A stretch of DNA of 63,998 nucleotides, counting the filler, from Barthelona sp. PAP020 (lineage: Eukaryota): NCBI GenBank assembly GCA_040182905.1. It is 4 parts of 4 records of this genome, joined end to end, with 100 filler letters (N's around TTAATTAATTAA, not from the genome) between each part and the next. Parts side by side here need not be neighbours in the genome. Positions count along the whole stretch, not along the records: positions 1 to 17,349 come from JARQWU010000243.1; positions 17,450 to 34,782 come from JARQWU010000244.1; 2 more parts are not named here. The stretch is one strand, 5' to 3'. Below are positions 11,299 to 21,600 of this stretch, piece by piece. The first letter of the stretch is position 1, and the number at the start of each line of letters is the position of its first letter. A program made the position numbers and the translations under genes. The notes below the pieces were generated by a model that was given only the letters and a program-made list of their open reading frames with translations, did not search any database and had not been told where the DNA came from.

Positions 11299-12060
11299 AT
11301 GATAGTTGAAGCGCATATATGTCCCCATTGTAGACGATTATTTGGTCAACATGAATTGATTATACATGTTAAACAACAACATCCAAATGTATTGCCAACA
11401 TCACCCAATTCTCAACTGAATTCAGTTGTTGATGATCTTATAAATTTATCACAGGAACAAAAAATTAAACAAAGAAAAGATAAATCCAGAACAAATGTTG
11501 TAATTATTAATAAGAGTTCACCAGCTTCTAAAAAGCAACCTTTATCTGAAAATCATTTCAATAATCAAAAAAATTCAGGTCTTTCCAACCAAAGCACAAC
11601 TATTTTGTCAACAAATAAAACTGTCATAAATGGACATGAACAAGTTATTTCTCAAATGTATACTCGTGAGCAAGAAAGAGAACTGAAGAAGTTAAAAGCA
11701 GGTAAAAGTAAGGTATTTCACATGCAAAAAGTCAATGACAGTCAAAGAATGTCCCCAATTAAAAAAGAACCAATTGGTGGATTAAAAGGAAAACCTATGC
11801 GAGTTTTAGGCTCTCCAACAAATTTTTCACCTGGTTCACCCGATATTTCATCAATGAACTCAACATCTTCACCAAATGTATCAAGACATTTAAATTCTCC
11901 ACCTTCAATTTCTCGTAAAAAATTGTTCGTTTCATACGAATCACACACAAAGAACAAGCCTTCAATTGATTTTAATTTTTATGAAAACAATTCCAAAAAC
12001 ATTAATTTATCTGCAGATGATATTTTACCAGATAATGGTACTTTAATAGAAACTCGTTAA
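11299..12060 (+). CDS. Hypothetical protein with N-terminal C2H2-like zinc finger and low-complexity S/N/P-rich tail
   Basis: CPHC-x12-HVKQQH at the N-terminus. An alternative start at 11239 with a 60-nt GT..AG intron (11246-11305) also keeps frame. Confidence 0.6.
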   Translation: MIVEAHICPHCRRLFGQHELIIHVKQQHPNVLPTSPNSQLNSVVDDLINLSQEQKIKQRKDKSRTNVVIINKSSPASKKQPLSENHFNNQKNSGLSNQSTTILSTNKTVINGHEQVISQMYTREQERELKKLKAGKSKVFHMQKVNDSQRMSPIKKEPIGGLKGKPMRVLGSPTNFSPGSPDISSMNSTSSPNVSRHLNSPPSISRKKLFVSYESHTKNKPSIDFNFYENNSKNINLSADDILPDNGTLIETR

Positions 12061-12285
12061 TAATAAATATAAAATTTTGTCGGAGGAAAATTTTCTTTTT
12101 TGCATTAGAATTATCAAAACAGTGTGTTTAAAAGATAATCAGTGTTATTAATTTGTTATCGCATGAAAAAGAAAAATAAAATTACAAAAAAAAAATTTGG
12201 TGTTTGCAGGTAAAGTTTTTTCACAAAAAATAAAAAATCTTATAAAACACATTTTTTACATAAAAATAACAAATATGTGCACAAT

Positions 12286-13620
12286 CTATGCCTTTGCAAC
12301 CAAAATTCTTCCTTTATCGGATTGTTCAATATTAATTATTCCTTCACTTTTCATTTTTAGAAGATTTAAAAAAGAATTGGCAGCAGTGTTTTTGTCCACT
12401 TTTTGTTTGTGCAAATATTGATAAAATTCAACAGGTTTGTCATCAATAAGTTGCAACAAAAATCCCATAACAATACTTGTTTTGTTATTTGTTTCTTCAT
12501 TCATAGTGTCATTGACTAAAATTTCGTCCACGTTATCTTCAACCAATTCTTCTATTTCAGGTAATTCAGGTAAATCGGGTAAATCGGGTAATTCAGATGT
12601 ATCAGGTAATTCAGGAAGCTCAGGAAGTCCAATCTCTTCCATGACATAATCAACTTCTTCATTTCCTGTTTGCATATTTATATCATTTGCAGCAACATCC
12701 TCTATTTCAATTTCGATGTTTCCTTGTTCCATCAAACTGATGTTCTTTTTGATTTTTTCAAATATTTCATCCCCAATTTTTTTTGATGAAGACGCAATAA
12801 GCATTCTATGCAAATGCTCAAGCGGCTCCTCTAACAAAGGAGCTCTTTTGGATTCATTATGATTTGGTCTATACTTATCTTCAATGTAACGTTTCATTGA
12901 GATGGTCATCACTCTATCATGACCCAAATATTTTTTCCCTTTAGATTTTCTTTTTTCACTAATAACGCTCCTTTTCTCGACTTCGATCTCCTTTTCTTTG
13001 TTCAAAAGCTTACTAATCATTGAGATTCCCATTCGCTCCTGTTCATCTTGATCAACATGTTCAGAGGAAAAATTAATCTCTGGTTGGAATTCATAATCAG
13101 CCCCTGCCATCAATCGTTGCGGTATTTCATCATGTTCATCCAAACCAGGTAAATCAGGAAGATCATTTTCAAAATTTTCTACCCCGGTCTCCATTAATAA
13201 GGGATCAATATCTGGCAAATCTGGAAGATTTCCCATCAATCTTTCATTGAGTTCATCGTCGAATGGATCAATAACAGCCATATTTTCATCAAAAACATGT
13301 TCAACAACATTCGAAGCGTTGGATGATTCAATTCCATAAACACTTAACACATTGGCCAAATAATCATCATCCATTGCATAATTTGATATGTAATCTTCTA
13401 AATTATCTTCTGTTTCCGTTTGCAAAAGGAAACGACTGACTTCTTTGCTTTTTACTTTTGCTACTTGGTTCTTTTTTGGCTTTTTTTGGCCATTTATTTG
13501 GTAATGTATCACCATTCTGAATTCGCGCACAAATCGGTCAGTTTTTCTCAAAAGTGATTTCGTTTCTTTAACCCACTGATCGGTCATTTCAACCAATTTG
13601 TTCACATCATCTATTAACAT
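12286..13620 (-). CDS. Rad21/Rec8-family kleisin (divergent)
   Basis: C-terminal VEFYQYL...TAANSFLNLLKMKSEGIINIEQSDKGRILV fits the kleisin winged-helix pattern (AA-xx-F-xx-L-L...I.+.Q....I); acidic unstructured middle. N-terminal domain short or divergent. Confidence 0.72.
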   Translation of the reverse strand: MLIDDVNKLVEMTDQWVKETKSLLRKTDRFVREFRMVIHYQINGQKKPKKNQVAKVKSKEVSRFLLQTETEDNLEDYISNYAMDDDYLANVLSVYGIESSNASNVVEHVFDENMAVIDPFDDELNERLMGNLPDLPDIDPLLMETGVENFENDLPDLPGLDEHDEIPQRLMAGADYEFQPEINFSSEHVDQDEQERMGISMISKLLNKEKEIEVEKRSVISEKRKSKGKKYLGHDRVMTISMKRYIEDKYRPNHNESKRAPLLEEPLEHLHRMLIASSSKKIGDEIFEKIKKNISLMEQGNIEIEIEDVAANDINMQTGNEEVDYVMEEIGLPELPELPDTSELPDLPDLPELPEIEELVEDNVDEILVNDTMNEETNNKTSIVMGFLLQLIDDKPVEFYQYLHKQKVDKNTAANSFLNLLKMKSEGIINIEQSDKGRILVAKA

Positions 13621-13879
13621 CAGGTGGAAAGGTTAAAACTTATAAAAAAAATTGTTGGTTTGGCAAATGGAATTTTCATCATTTTTTATTCGATTGTGGG
13701 TCATTGGCATGTAATTTTTTCAAATTTTATAAGTCAAGTATTATTGTGGTTGTTATGGTTCTATTTTGATTGTTATATGATTTTTTGATCACACTTGATA
13801 ATTTTCCATTCAATATAATGTTTAATAAGTTAAAAACAAAGTACACATTTATTTCGTTTTATTTCCTAGAACTTTAGAA

Positions 13880-14641
13880 TTAAAAGAATTTGTGGAAGGG
13901 TGACTTGTCATGGAATTTATGGACACCGCAGTTCTTTTGACATCCTTCAAATTCAGCCTTAGGACAGTCCTTGTTGCATCTCCACATCTTATGAACACCT
14001 TGTAAATTGTTGCATCCTAATTTGACAGGGGCCTTTAAGTTGGGAAGTTTTCTAAGGCATTGAGGAACTTTTCCACTTAATTTGTTATCAGAGAGATCCA
14101 TATATTGAATGTGTTTAAGATTGCATAACTTCTTTGGAATATGACAAGAGAATCTGTTTCCGCTGAGGTTCAATTCTTGTAAACTGTCAGTTAAGAGACC
14201 AAGAGTGGAAGGAATAGGTCCTTTAAGATCGTTGTTGGAAAGATCTAAAACCTTAAGATATTTAAGACAACCAATGTATGGGTGAAGAGTACCAGGTAAG
14301 CCTTTGTTGGGAAGACGAAGTTCCTTAATGTATCCATCAGCACAAGTGACAGCTTTAGGATATTTGGGAGATTTGGTGTATTGTTTTTTAATGAAAGGAC
14401 AGACTTCACCACGTTTGAAACATGCATGCCATACAGTATGATCTTCTTTGCCATCATATCCTCCAAAAGCTCTGAAAATCTTTTTCATAATGTATGTTTC
14501 ATCTTTGGGACATTTGAATCCTTTCAAGTGATGATGACATTTGGCCTTACATTGGTCATATTGAGGATGCTTAGAATTTTGATGTGCGAATGCTGTTCCA
14601 ACAATCAAGGCAATCAACAAGATACTGAGTATTTTTCTCAT
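13880..14641 (-). CDS. Secreted leucine-rich-repeat protein (plant-type eLRR consensus)
   Basis: Signal peptide MRKILSILLIALIVGTAFA; repeats LKVLDLSNNDLKGPIP, LQELNLSGNRFSCHIP, IQYMDLSDNKLSGKVP; Cys-rich caps; no TM anchor. Confidence 0.85.
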   Translation of the reverse strand: MRKILSILLIALIVGTAFAHQNSKHPQYDQCKAKCHHHLKGFKCPKDETYIMKKIFRAFGGYDGKEDHTVWHACFKRGEVCPFIKKQYTKSPKYPKAVTCADGYIKELRLPNKGLPGTLHPYIGCLKYLKVLDLSNNDLKGPIPSTLGLLTDSLQELNLSGNRFSCHIPKKLCNLKHIQYMDLSDNKLSGKVPQCLRKLPNLKAPVKLGCNNLQGVHKMWRCNKDCPKAEFEGCQKNCGVHKFHDKSPFHKFF

Positions 14642-14997
14642 TTTGATAAAAAAATAAAAATAATTTAATATTGATTTTATTGTTTATAAGACTTCAACTG
14701 TATAAATAAAGAAAAATGATGTACTGTAAGATATTGAATTTTCACAATTCTACACAATCATTTGGGCTGAATTTGAAACTTGGAGTTCACATTGATGTGC
14801 AAATCAGCAAGAAGTATTTAAAAAAAAGGAGAAAAAAAAGGATATAATTTTTATTATGAAAATGCCATTCGTGGTCAAAATATTTGTATATTTCAAAGAA
14901 AGTTAATCATTTTCAACTTAAAAATATTTGTAAAACATTGAAAACAACAATGATTGAAAAATTGAAAAGTTTTACAGTTGAAATATAACTAAATATA

Positions 14998-15279
14998 TCA
15001 AGGACTTGCAACTAATACAACATTATCGCCACGAAGAAACAATTGATTTAAAATTCTTTCTTTGACTTTTCCTTTAACAATAACCATTTCAACTGCATCA
15101 ATTAAAATCATATCCATATGTCTATCAAACGCTACAACTTTGGCACGAACCTTTTTGTTATTTCGTAAAGAAATAATTATTTCTTTGTGAGAATGAACAG
15201 CTTCTAACAAGACTGACATTGGACCATTTTCGAATTTTTGTTTCTCTAATTTTTCTAATTCAAATAACTGACTGCTCAT
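14998..15279 (-). CDS. SNRPD2: Small nuclear ribonucleoprotein Sm D2
   Basis: FENGPMSVL, LRNNKK, AFDRHMDMIL, LFLRGDNVVLV. Confidence 0.92.
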   Translation of the reverse strand: MSSQLFELEKLEKQKFENGPMSVLLEAVHSHKEIIISLRNNKKVRAKVVAFDRHMDMILIDAVEMVIVKGKVKERILNQLFLRGDNVVLVASP

Positions 15280-15325
15280 GAAATGAAAAAACTAAAAGAA
15301 AAAAATAACGTGGAGAAGGAATTAA

Positions 15326-15850
15326 ATGTCTTTTACACCTGTTGACATTGTTAATTTAAGTAATTTACTTGAAGAATCGTCAATTGAACCATCAAATAAC
15401 AGACATGTTTTGAAAAATGAAGCACCAAAATTACCAAAACCAATTGCTTCTCAAAAACCAATTCCAAAACCTGTTAGATTTGACAACAGCTCGATATGGT
15501 CGACAGAAGAAATACCTTCAATGATAATAGATGTAGATCAAGAAAATTTAAAAAAACCGGAATATGAAATCATTTATAGGCATTCAATTTCTGTTGAAGA
15601 GACTTATTTAGGTTTAGGAGATAGAATTCCATATAGTGATGATGCGGATCATATTGTTATAAAGATTTCTTTGCCCAATGAAAAAATTGGTGATTTGGTC
15701 ATTGATGAAACCAAACAATCAATACGAGTTGTTGGAAAATATCATAAACTGTTCCTTGTTTTGCCTTGTGTTGTATTTGAAGATAGAGGACAAGCTGATT
15801 TTTGCAATGAAACATTAAAAATCAGTTTTCCCATTAATAAGGAATCCTAA
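15326..15850 (+). CDS. DNAAF6: Dynein axonemal assembly factor 6 (PIH1D3)-like
   Basis: IWSTEEIP, PEYEIIYRHSISVEETYLGLG, IKISLP and CS-like C-terminus. Confidence 0.8.
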   Translation: MSFTPVDIVNLSNLLEESSIEPSNNRHVLKNEAPKLPKPIASQKPIPKPVRFDNSSIWSTEEIPSMIIDVDQENLKKPEYEIIYRHSISVEETYLGLGDRIPYSDDADHIVIKISLPNEKIGDLVIDETKQSIRVVGKYHKLFLVLPCVVFEDRGQADFCNETLKISFPINKES

Positions 15851-16237
15851 CACACATAAAATTTCACACACATTTTATTTTTTATTTAATTACAAAAGAG
15901 ATTTGAAAAGAAAGAAGGGATTTCATTTTTCTGTTTTTTAATCACAAAAAAAAATGTCAAACAAAAAATAATTTCAGTAAAAATACTTTTGGACTGCTTG
16001 AGAACATTTTTTTACTTTTGATAATATCTTTAGAGTGTTATAGTGATAATATATATTGGGAGCCCATTTCTTCCAGAAAAACATAATATCTTAATTTCAA
16101 TAATTTAGGATAATAATATTATTGATGTTTCCATTTGTCACACATATATCTATTCAATTTGTCAATAAACAAGAAATTCAACAACTGAAAGAAAGTTTTT
16201 TTGAAATATTTTTTTTTTTGTCAAGCAATACTTAAAG

Positions 16238-17185
16238 ATGGGGAGAAGATCACTCGCCATGGAGTATACACAAGATGCGAGAACACGAAAAGTACGATTT
16301 GGGAAAAGAAAAGCGGGTGTAATGAAAAAAGCTTTTGAACTTTCTGTACTATGTGGTTGTGAAATTGCTTTGTTGATTAAATCTGCAGATGATGGTCAAT
16401 TGTATTCTTTTAGCACACAAGAAGACCTTTTTCCTTTTGTTGGTGAACTTGTCTCAAAGCCTCCCAAAGAATTGAAATTACCTCACGATTTTATGGAATC
16501 CAATAGAACAAAAACTAAAACAACCAATAAAAATGGAAAAAAAAATGTTGTGGATGATGATGATGATGATGAGGATGATGATGATGACGAATTCTTTGAG
16601 GAATTTCCCTCAATTATTAAAATTGGACCTGATGAAGAGATAATAGATGATCAATCAGCACTATCCACACTACCTATGTACAATGTTCCATATACAATGA
16701 TGCCACAGCAATATCATGCAATGAATCAACCTGGATTTTTTCCAATATATCAAGATTCTATGCATCCTGAAGCACATATTCATCCTTCTCAAATGGAAAT
16801 ACCATATCATCACAATCCCTCCATGCTTCAACCTTTGCATCTTCAAACATTACCCACACAACAGTATTTCCTTCAACACGAAGTTCCCGAGATGGATGAA
16901 GATGATTTGTTAAAAATGGGACCTAGACAGTCAAGTTTGATGGAATCATTAAGAAAATCACCACAACCAGCAATATCTTTTCAAATGACCAATGAATATT
17001 CAGAAGTATCTGATTCAAATGTTAAACCTCTTGACCAATTAATTGTACCAAATAATGAACAATTGTATTCAAATCAATGCAATTTCATGATGTATTCAGA
17101 CACACCAAAGAGAATATCATATGCTACTGGGCTCTCTGCACATACTGATAATGTTGAAGATAAGCAATTCAATAAAACTCGATAG
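16238..17185 (+). CDS. MADS-box (SRF/MEF2-type) transcription factor
   Basis: MGRR...RKVRFGKRKAGVMKKAFELSVLCGCEIALLI...LYSFS, then a poly-Asp tract and a Q/P/M-rich region. Confidence 0.92.
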   Translation: MGRRSLAMEYTQDARTRKVRFGKRKAGVMKKAFELSVLCGCEIALLIKSADDGQLYSFSTQEDLFPFVGELVSKPPKELKLPHDFMESNRTKTKTTNKNGKKNVVDDDDDDEDDDDDEFFEEFPSIIKIGPDEEIIDDQSALSTLPMYNVPYTMMPQQYHAMNQPGFFPIYQDSMHPEAHIHPSQMEIPYHHNPSMLQPLHLQTLPTQQYFLQHEVPEMDEDDLLKMGPRQSSLMESLRKSPQPAISFQMTNEYSEVSDSNVKPLDQLIVPNNEQLYSNQCNFMMYSDTPKRISYATGLSAHTDNVEDKQFNKTR

Positions 17186-17234
17186 ATATTTAGATGTTTT
17201 TACCTATTGTTTTTTTTTTTTGTTGAACCCATTT

Positions 17235-17349
17235 ATGAACGATCAAGAAACAGATTTAAATGCTTTATTCAATGATTTGTATCTGTTAAAAGAAGAATTT
17301 GGCAATTTAAATGATACTGAAAGAGAAAACGTTGAAAAGAAATTTATTG
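17235..17349 (+). CDS. 5' fragment of a hypothetical gene, runs into assembly gap
   Basis: MNDQETDLNALFNDLYLLKEEFGNLNDTERENVEKKFI, open until the Ns. Confidence 0.5.
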
Positions 17350-17449
17350 NNNNNNNNNNNNNNNNNNNNNNNNNNNNNNNNNNNNNNNNNNNNTTAATTA
17401 ATTAANNNNNNNNNNNNNNNNNNNNNNNNNNNNNNNNNNNNNNNNNNNN
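17350..17449. other. Assembly spacer (Ns + TTAATTAATTAA + Ns)
   Basis: 100-nt artificial linker; the same construct occurs at 34783-34882 and 52143-52242. Confidence 0.97.
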
Positions 17450-17450
17450 A

Positions 17451-18086
17451 CACCAAAATTCAGTACCTCCTAAGTTTGATATGACTGATTATTTGTTCTT
17501 GATGTTCAGTATGGTTTTCCCAATGAAACAGGACAGTGATGATGAATCTGGCTCAACCAGACATTATAGTTCCACAACTCCCAGTTCAATGGCCTTACCT
17601 TTATTAGTACCCAAAAGCACTACCTTCAATCAAATGTTTGACAGAATGAAACTCATAGTGAACATGTATGACTCCCCTGAAAAAGTTGCTCAAGAATTAT
17701 CCAAGGATATTGCTGAAGTTAAATCTCGTAAAATTGCATTATACCAAGCATTTAGTTCTCCTTATTACAACTTAAGGTCTGTTACAGAGACAGTTGTTGC
17801 TGATTACAAAAGCAGAATGAATTATACATATTCTGGGGGATATTACAACAGAACAATGAAAAAAGATATCACAATTGATTTTGATGTTGACACCATTGAT
17901 GATTTATGGAAAGACTTTCAACATGTTTGTGTGGAAGTTATTCCTTCAGAATTGACATTGATTAAACCTGTAAAGAGAACGACTCATTCGTATTCATATG
18001 GTTCTTCTTCTGCAATGAATAGTCTGAATTCAATTTCTTGGAGTTCTAGATCAAGAGAAGAATCTTCCCTCAAGATTTATAATTGA
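17451..18086 (+). CDS. 3' part of a hypothetical gene, 5' end lost in gap
   Basis: Frame open from the gap edge (HQNSVPPKFDMTDY...) to TGA at 18084-18086; protein-like composition; no family recognised. Confidence 0.65.
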   Translation, partial: HQNSVPPKFDMTDYLFLMFSMVFPMKQDSDDESGSTRHYSSTTPSSMALPLLVPKSTTFNQMFDRMKLIVNMYDSPEKVAQELSKDIAEVKSRKIALYQAFSSPYYNLRSVTETVVADYKSRMNYTYSGGYYNRTMKKDITIDFDVDTIDDLWKDFQHVCVEVIPSELTLIKPVKRTTHSYSYGSSSAMNSLNSISWSSRSREESSLKIYN

Positions 18087-18269
18087 TTGGTTTTGTTGAA
18101 AGGAATATTGTATTGTTTTATGTTGATAAACACCTTTTTTTTTGTTATGTTTTCATATGGTGTGTTATTTAGTTTTTCAGAGAAAAAAGAAAGAAAAAAT
18201 GAGGGTTGTTCACAAGCCAATAATTTTTGTCATATGGAAATTTTTCGGATTCGTCCTTTTTCCCTCAAG

Positions 18270-18596
18270 GTACGGAACTTTTCCTTTACCTACCCCCAAA
18301 TTTTTGACCTACCACGGTGAATGCACGAAAACTTGCACAATAGGATGGATTTCAAGAAGATCGGATCCTTTGAGCTCTTTTGAACAATTAGTACTGCAAT
18401 GAATTTCATATACCGCATAGGACAGACCTCACTGCTGGACAGCCTATGAAATAAAAGAGTTAGGATTGAGAGATTCCTGAAAGAAACGCAGGAATTCTGA
18501 ACCCCCAGAAAAGAATAAAGATTAAGGTTTATTATTTATTAATCAACTGAGATTCCCAGTCTCTGATTTGGGGAAAGTTCTGGAAAAGGTTCGTAC
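18270..18596 (+). ncRNA. Candidate structured non-coding RNA (unassigned)
   Basis: Ends pair (18270-18284 with 18582-18596), second enclosing helix CCCCAAAT/ATTTGGGG, several internal stems, GC content above neighbouring intergenic DNA, wobble pairs favour the + strand. Confidence 0.55.
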
Positions 18597-18664
18597 AAGA
18601 AGAAATATAAAAAAAAAAATTAAAAAAATATGACTAAATTTATCAATTGATTCTGTATAAAAAA

Positions 18665-21600
18665 TTACTTTTTCTTTTTCATTGTCATGGGTTTTTTTAT
18701 CTTAGAAAGACCTGCATGTTTAACACTTGGTGTCTTCATCATAGAAAAATTCGGTGTTTGGGGTGCAACTTCCCAATTATCAAAAGATTGAGCCAAATTT
18801 CTTTCAGTAGTATCAAAATCAACATTATTTTGACCCTGAACAGGAACACCTTTCATGATGTCTAAAGGAACACCCCATTGAACCAAAGCACTGCTAGTTA
18901 AATTCCTAAACTTCAATTGATTGTTCTCTTTACTTAAAAATAAAGCATCTGACAAATCTTGATCATTGAAGTACAATTCGTCCATAAAAGACATACTAAT
19001 TTGATCTTCATCCAAATCAGTAATTTCCCATAAATTACCGGTCAAACTGTGGAAACCAACATTCAACATGTCCAATTGAGGACCAAAACTTTCAAAAATA
19101 CCAACTTTACGTAATTTTAATGAAGAGCATCCAAATAATAAGGCTAATTTACATTTTCCCAATTGTTTTTTCGTAATTTTGCTATATTGCAATAATTCAT
19201 GTCCAGAACCATGGCCACAATATAAAAATGTTGAATTGTATTTTAACTGTTCATAAATGTTCATGTTAACAGAAATTTGTCCACAATTACCTTTCCAAGT
19301 GTTTTGATGAATTAATTGCTTTTGTCTATCGTTATCAAAATAAGACTTGAAACGATTTTCAGTTTTAATTAAATCGCCTTGTGGATTCACAAGATAAAAC
19401 AGGGTATCATTAATGTTTCTAGCGGACTTCAAAATATTGACTAGATTAATAAGATTTGGAACCCTCCATAAAGATTGTTTTGTTTCAGTAACAATTGAAA
19501 AAGATTCCCATGGAATTGTTTGAAGTTTTTCGTTAATGATCAGATATGTAGGAAATCTTTTAATATTTGCTGAAGATATCTTTTCTTTCAAAGGATTTAT
19601 TAACTTTAAAAAATGTTTAACAACAGAATCAACTTTCCAATCACCCAAAGGCAAATACACATCAATAAGATAATTAAAAAATTGTTTTAAAATTGTCAAA
19701 TTATCAATAAAAGATGTATTAACAGCTAAAAGCAATTGTTTTATTAAAAAAACAATAAAATCATATGAATTCAAAGAAATATTTCCAAAACTATTGAAAT
19801 ATTCAATCATATTATCCGCAATATCTTCCATATTTGCTCGAATATCATCAGGAAGTTCAGTAAAATCATTTAACAAGAATATAACATACCATCCAATAAT
19901 ATCCTCCAATCCAAGTATTTTTTTACCTAAATTATCATTGTATGCACAACGTTTTTCATTCCATTGTTTTGCGTTCTTGTTATCCTTACCATCTCTTTCA
20001 CTTTCTTCAATAATTTTCGATAAAGAATTGAGTTGTATTAACAAAGCTTTCCCTACCAACTTCAACTTATTCTTATTGGTTGACCATCCTAACCTCGTGT
20101 CATCAAAACTATATGCTCGATTATTATTCAATAAACAGTAAGACACAACTCCAGCAAACTCATTTATAAATAAAACATTTGCTGAAGGAGATAATCGATT
20201 CAATTCTTGTATAATTTCTTCATAATCATTGGTGATATCTTCAACACTTGCAAACGACCTATCTTTCCCTTGACAATCTTGATCAAACTCAAAGACCATA
20301 TCATCATCAGTCTTTCTTCCTTGTATTCCTCCCTTTCTTCTTCTTTCTTTCAAATCGTTAACATCCTCATTATAACCATTTAATGTTTCAACAGCAGACA
20401 ACTTTTCACCATCATTCATGCTCATCATGTTATGATCATCATGATCATTCTTTTTGAAATCAATCTTCATCGTCCAATTCATAAACATACCTATATCCCA
20501 TAAAGCAGGGAATAAAAACTCGTTTTCGGATTGAAATAAATGTGGTAAACAACTAAATAAATCAGAAGCTAACAATGATGGAATTTTCAGGGAAGAATTG
20601 GAAAAAATGCAATTTTGCATCTTTATTTCAGCCAATCCCCTAGCTTTTTCCAACTTTTCATTTGGTTGTCTATTTGGATGCCTATAAACCCAATCAACAT
20701 ACGTGTATATGACAGTAATAATGAAAATCTGATCAATAAGAGTAGAAAAGATGAAAGACTCTTTATTCAAAAAAATACTTGTTGATAACGTATTTCGTTG
20801 GGCAAATACTTCTTTAAACTTTAAAATAACAAAAATACAGCTTAAGTTACTTAAAACTTCAAAATTTGAAAAGATTTCATTGAATGACTTCGTTAAATCA
20901 TTTCGATCACCATCCGTTCGAAGAGTTTTAGCAAGAATACGCGATGTAACGATCAAATAAGGAGTTGTGTTCATTGAGATGAACTCCTGTTCAATAGAAA
21001 AGTTAAAAAATTGCTCAGTCAACTCTTTTACAATAGAATATATGTATTTTCCTCGCATATTATCCATATCTGCTATTTCCAAAATAACACTATGATAATA
21101 TTTTGTATGTACATAATTTCCGTTAAAGATAGACACAATAAACAAACGAAAAACAACAAGACTACTTATAAGAGGCAACATGTTACCAGATACAACAAAA
21201 GGACAACATACTTTTGATGTTTGAAGAGAATGCAACTCATGTTGACTCTTACACAACAGCCCTAAAGCAACTAACAACTTTTCTTCTGCTAAATCAAATT
21301 GACATGATCTAATGAAGAAATCAGCAAACGCAACACTTTCAATAAATGCTTTCAATTTGTTTCCTGGACTTCTACTCTTCAATTTTGGTAACTTGTACTC
21401 AATTTGCATGAAAAATGTATTCATTATTAGGGAATACACAGCCTTAAACAACCCATTAGTCTCACCTGAATTCAAACCAAACAGATTTCGATGAAATTTC
21501 TGATCTACAATATCAGCACAGGGTATGACATCATTTATTTTTCCTGAAAAAAATTTGCTTAAAGTATCTTCAACTCCAGCAAAAAAGGATTGTTGAAACA

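Noticed and set aside
17350..17449. Palindromic TTAATTAATTAA inside N runs, repeated three times in the window
   Set aside because: Artificial scaffold linker with stops in all frames; not biological. It also means gene order across these points is not guaranteed.
18084..18452. TGA readthrough or selenocysteine: frame stays open 77 codons after TGA 18084-86, with ATGA...TGAA in a downstream stem
   Set aside because: The extension is low-complexity, UTR-like sequence. The stem lacks SECIS geometry: no apical AA at 11-12 nt, and the GA is Watson-Crick paired.
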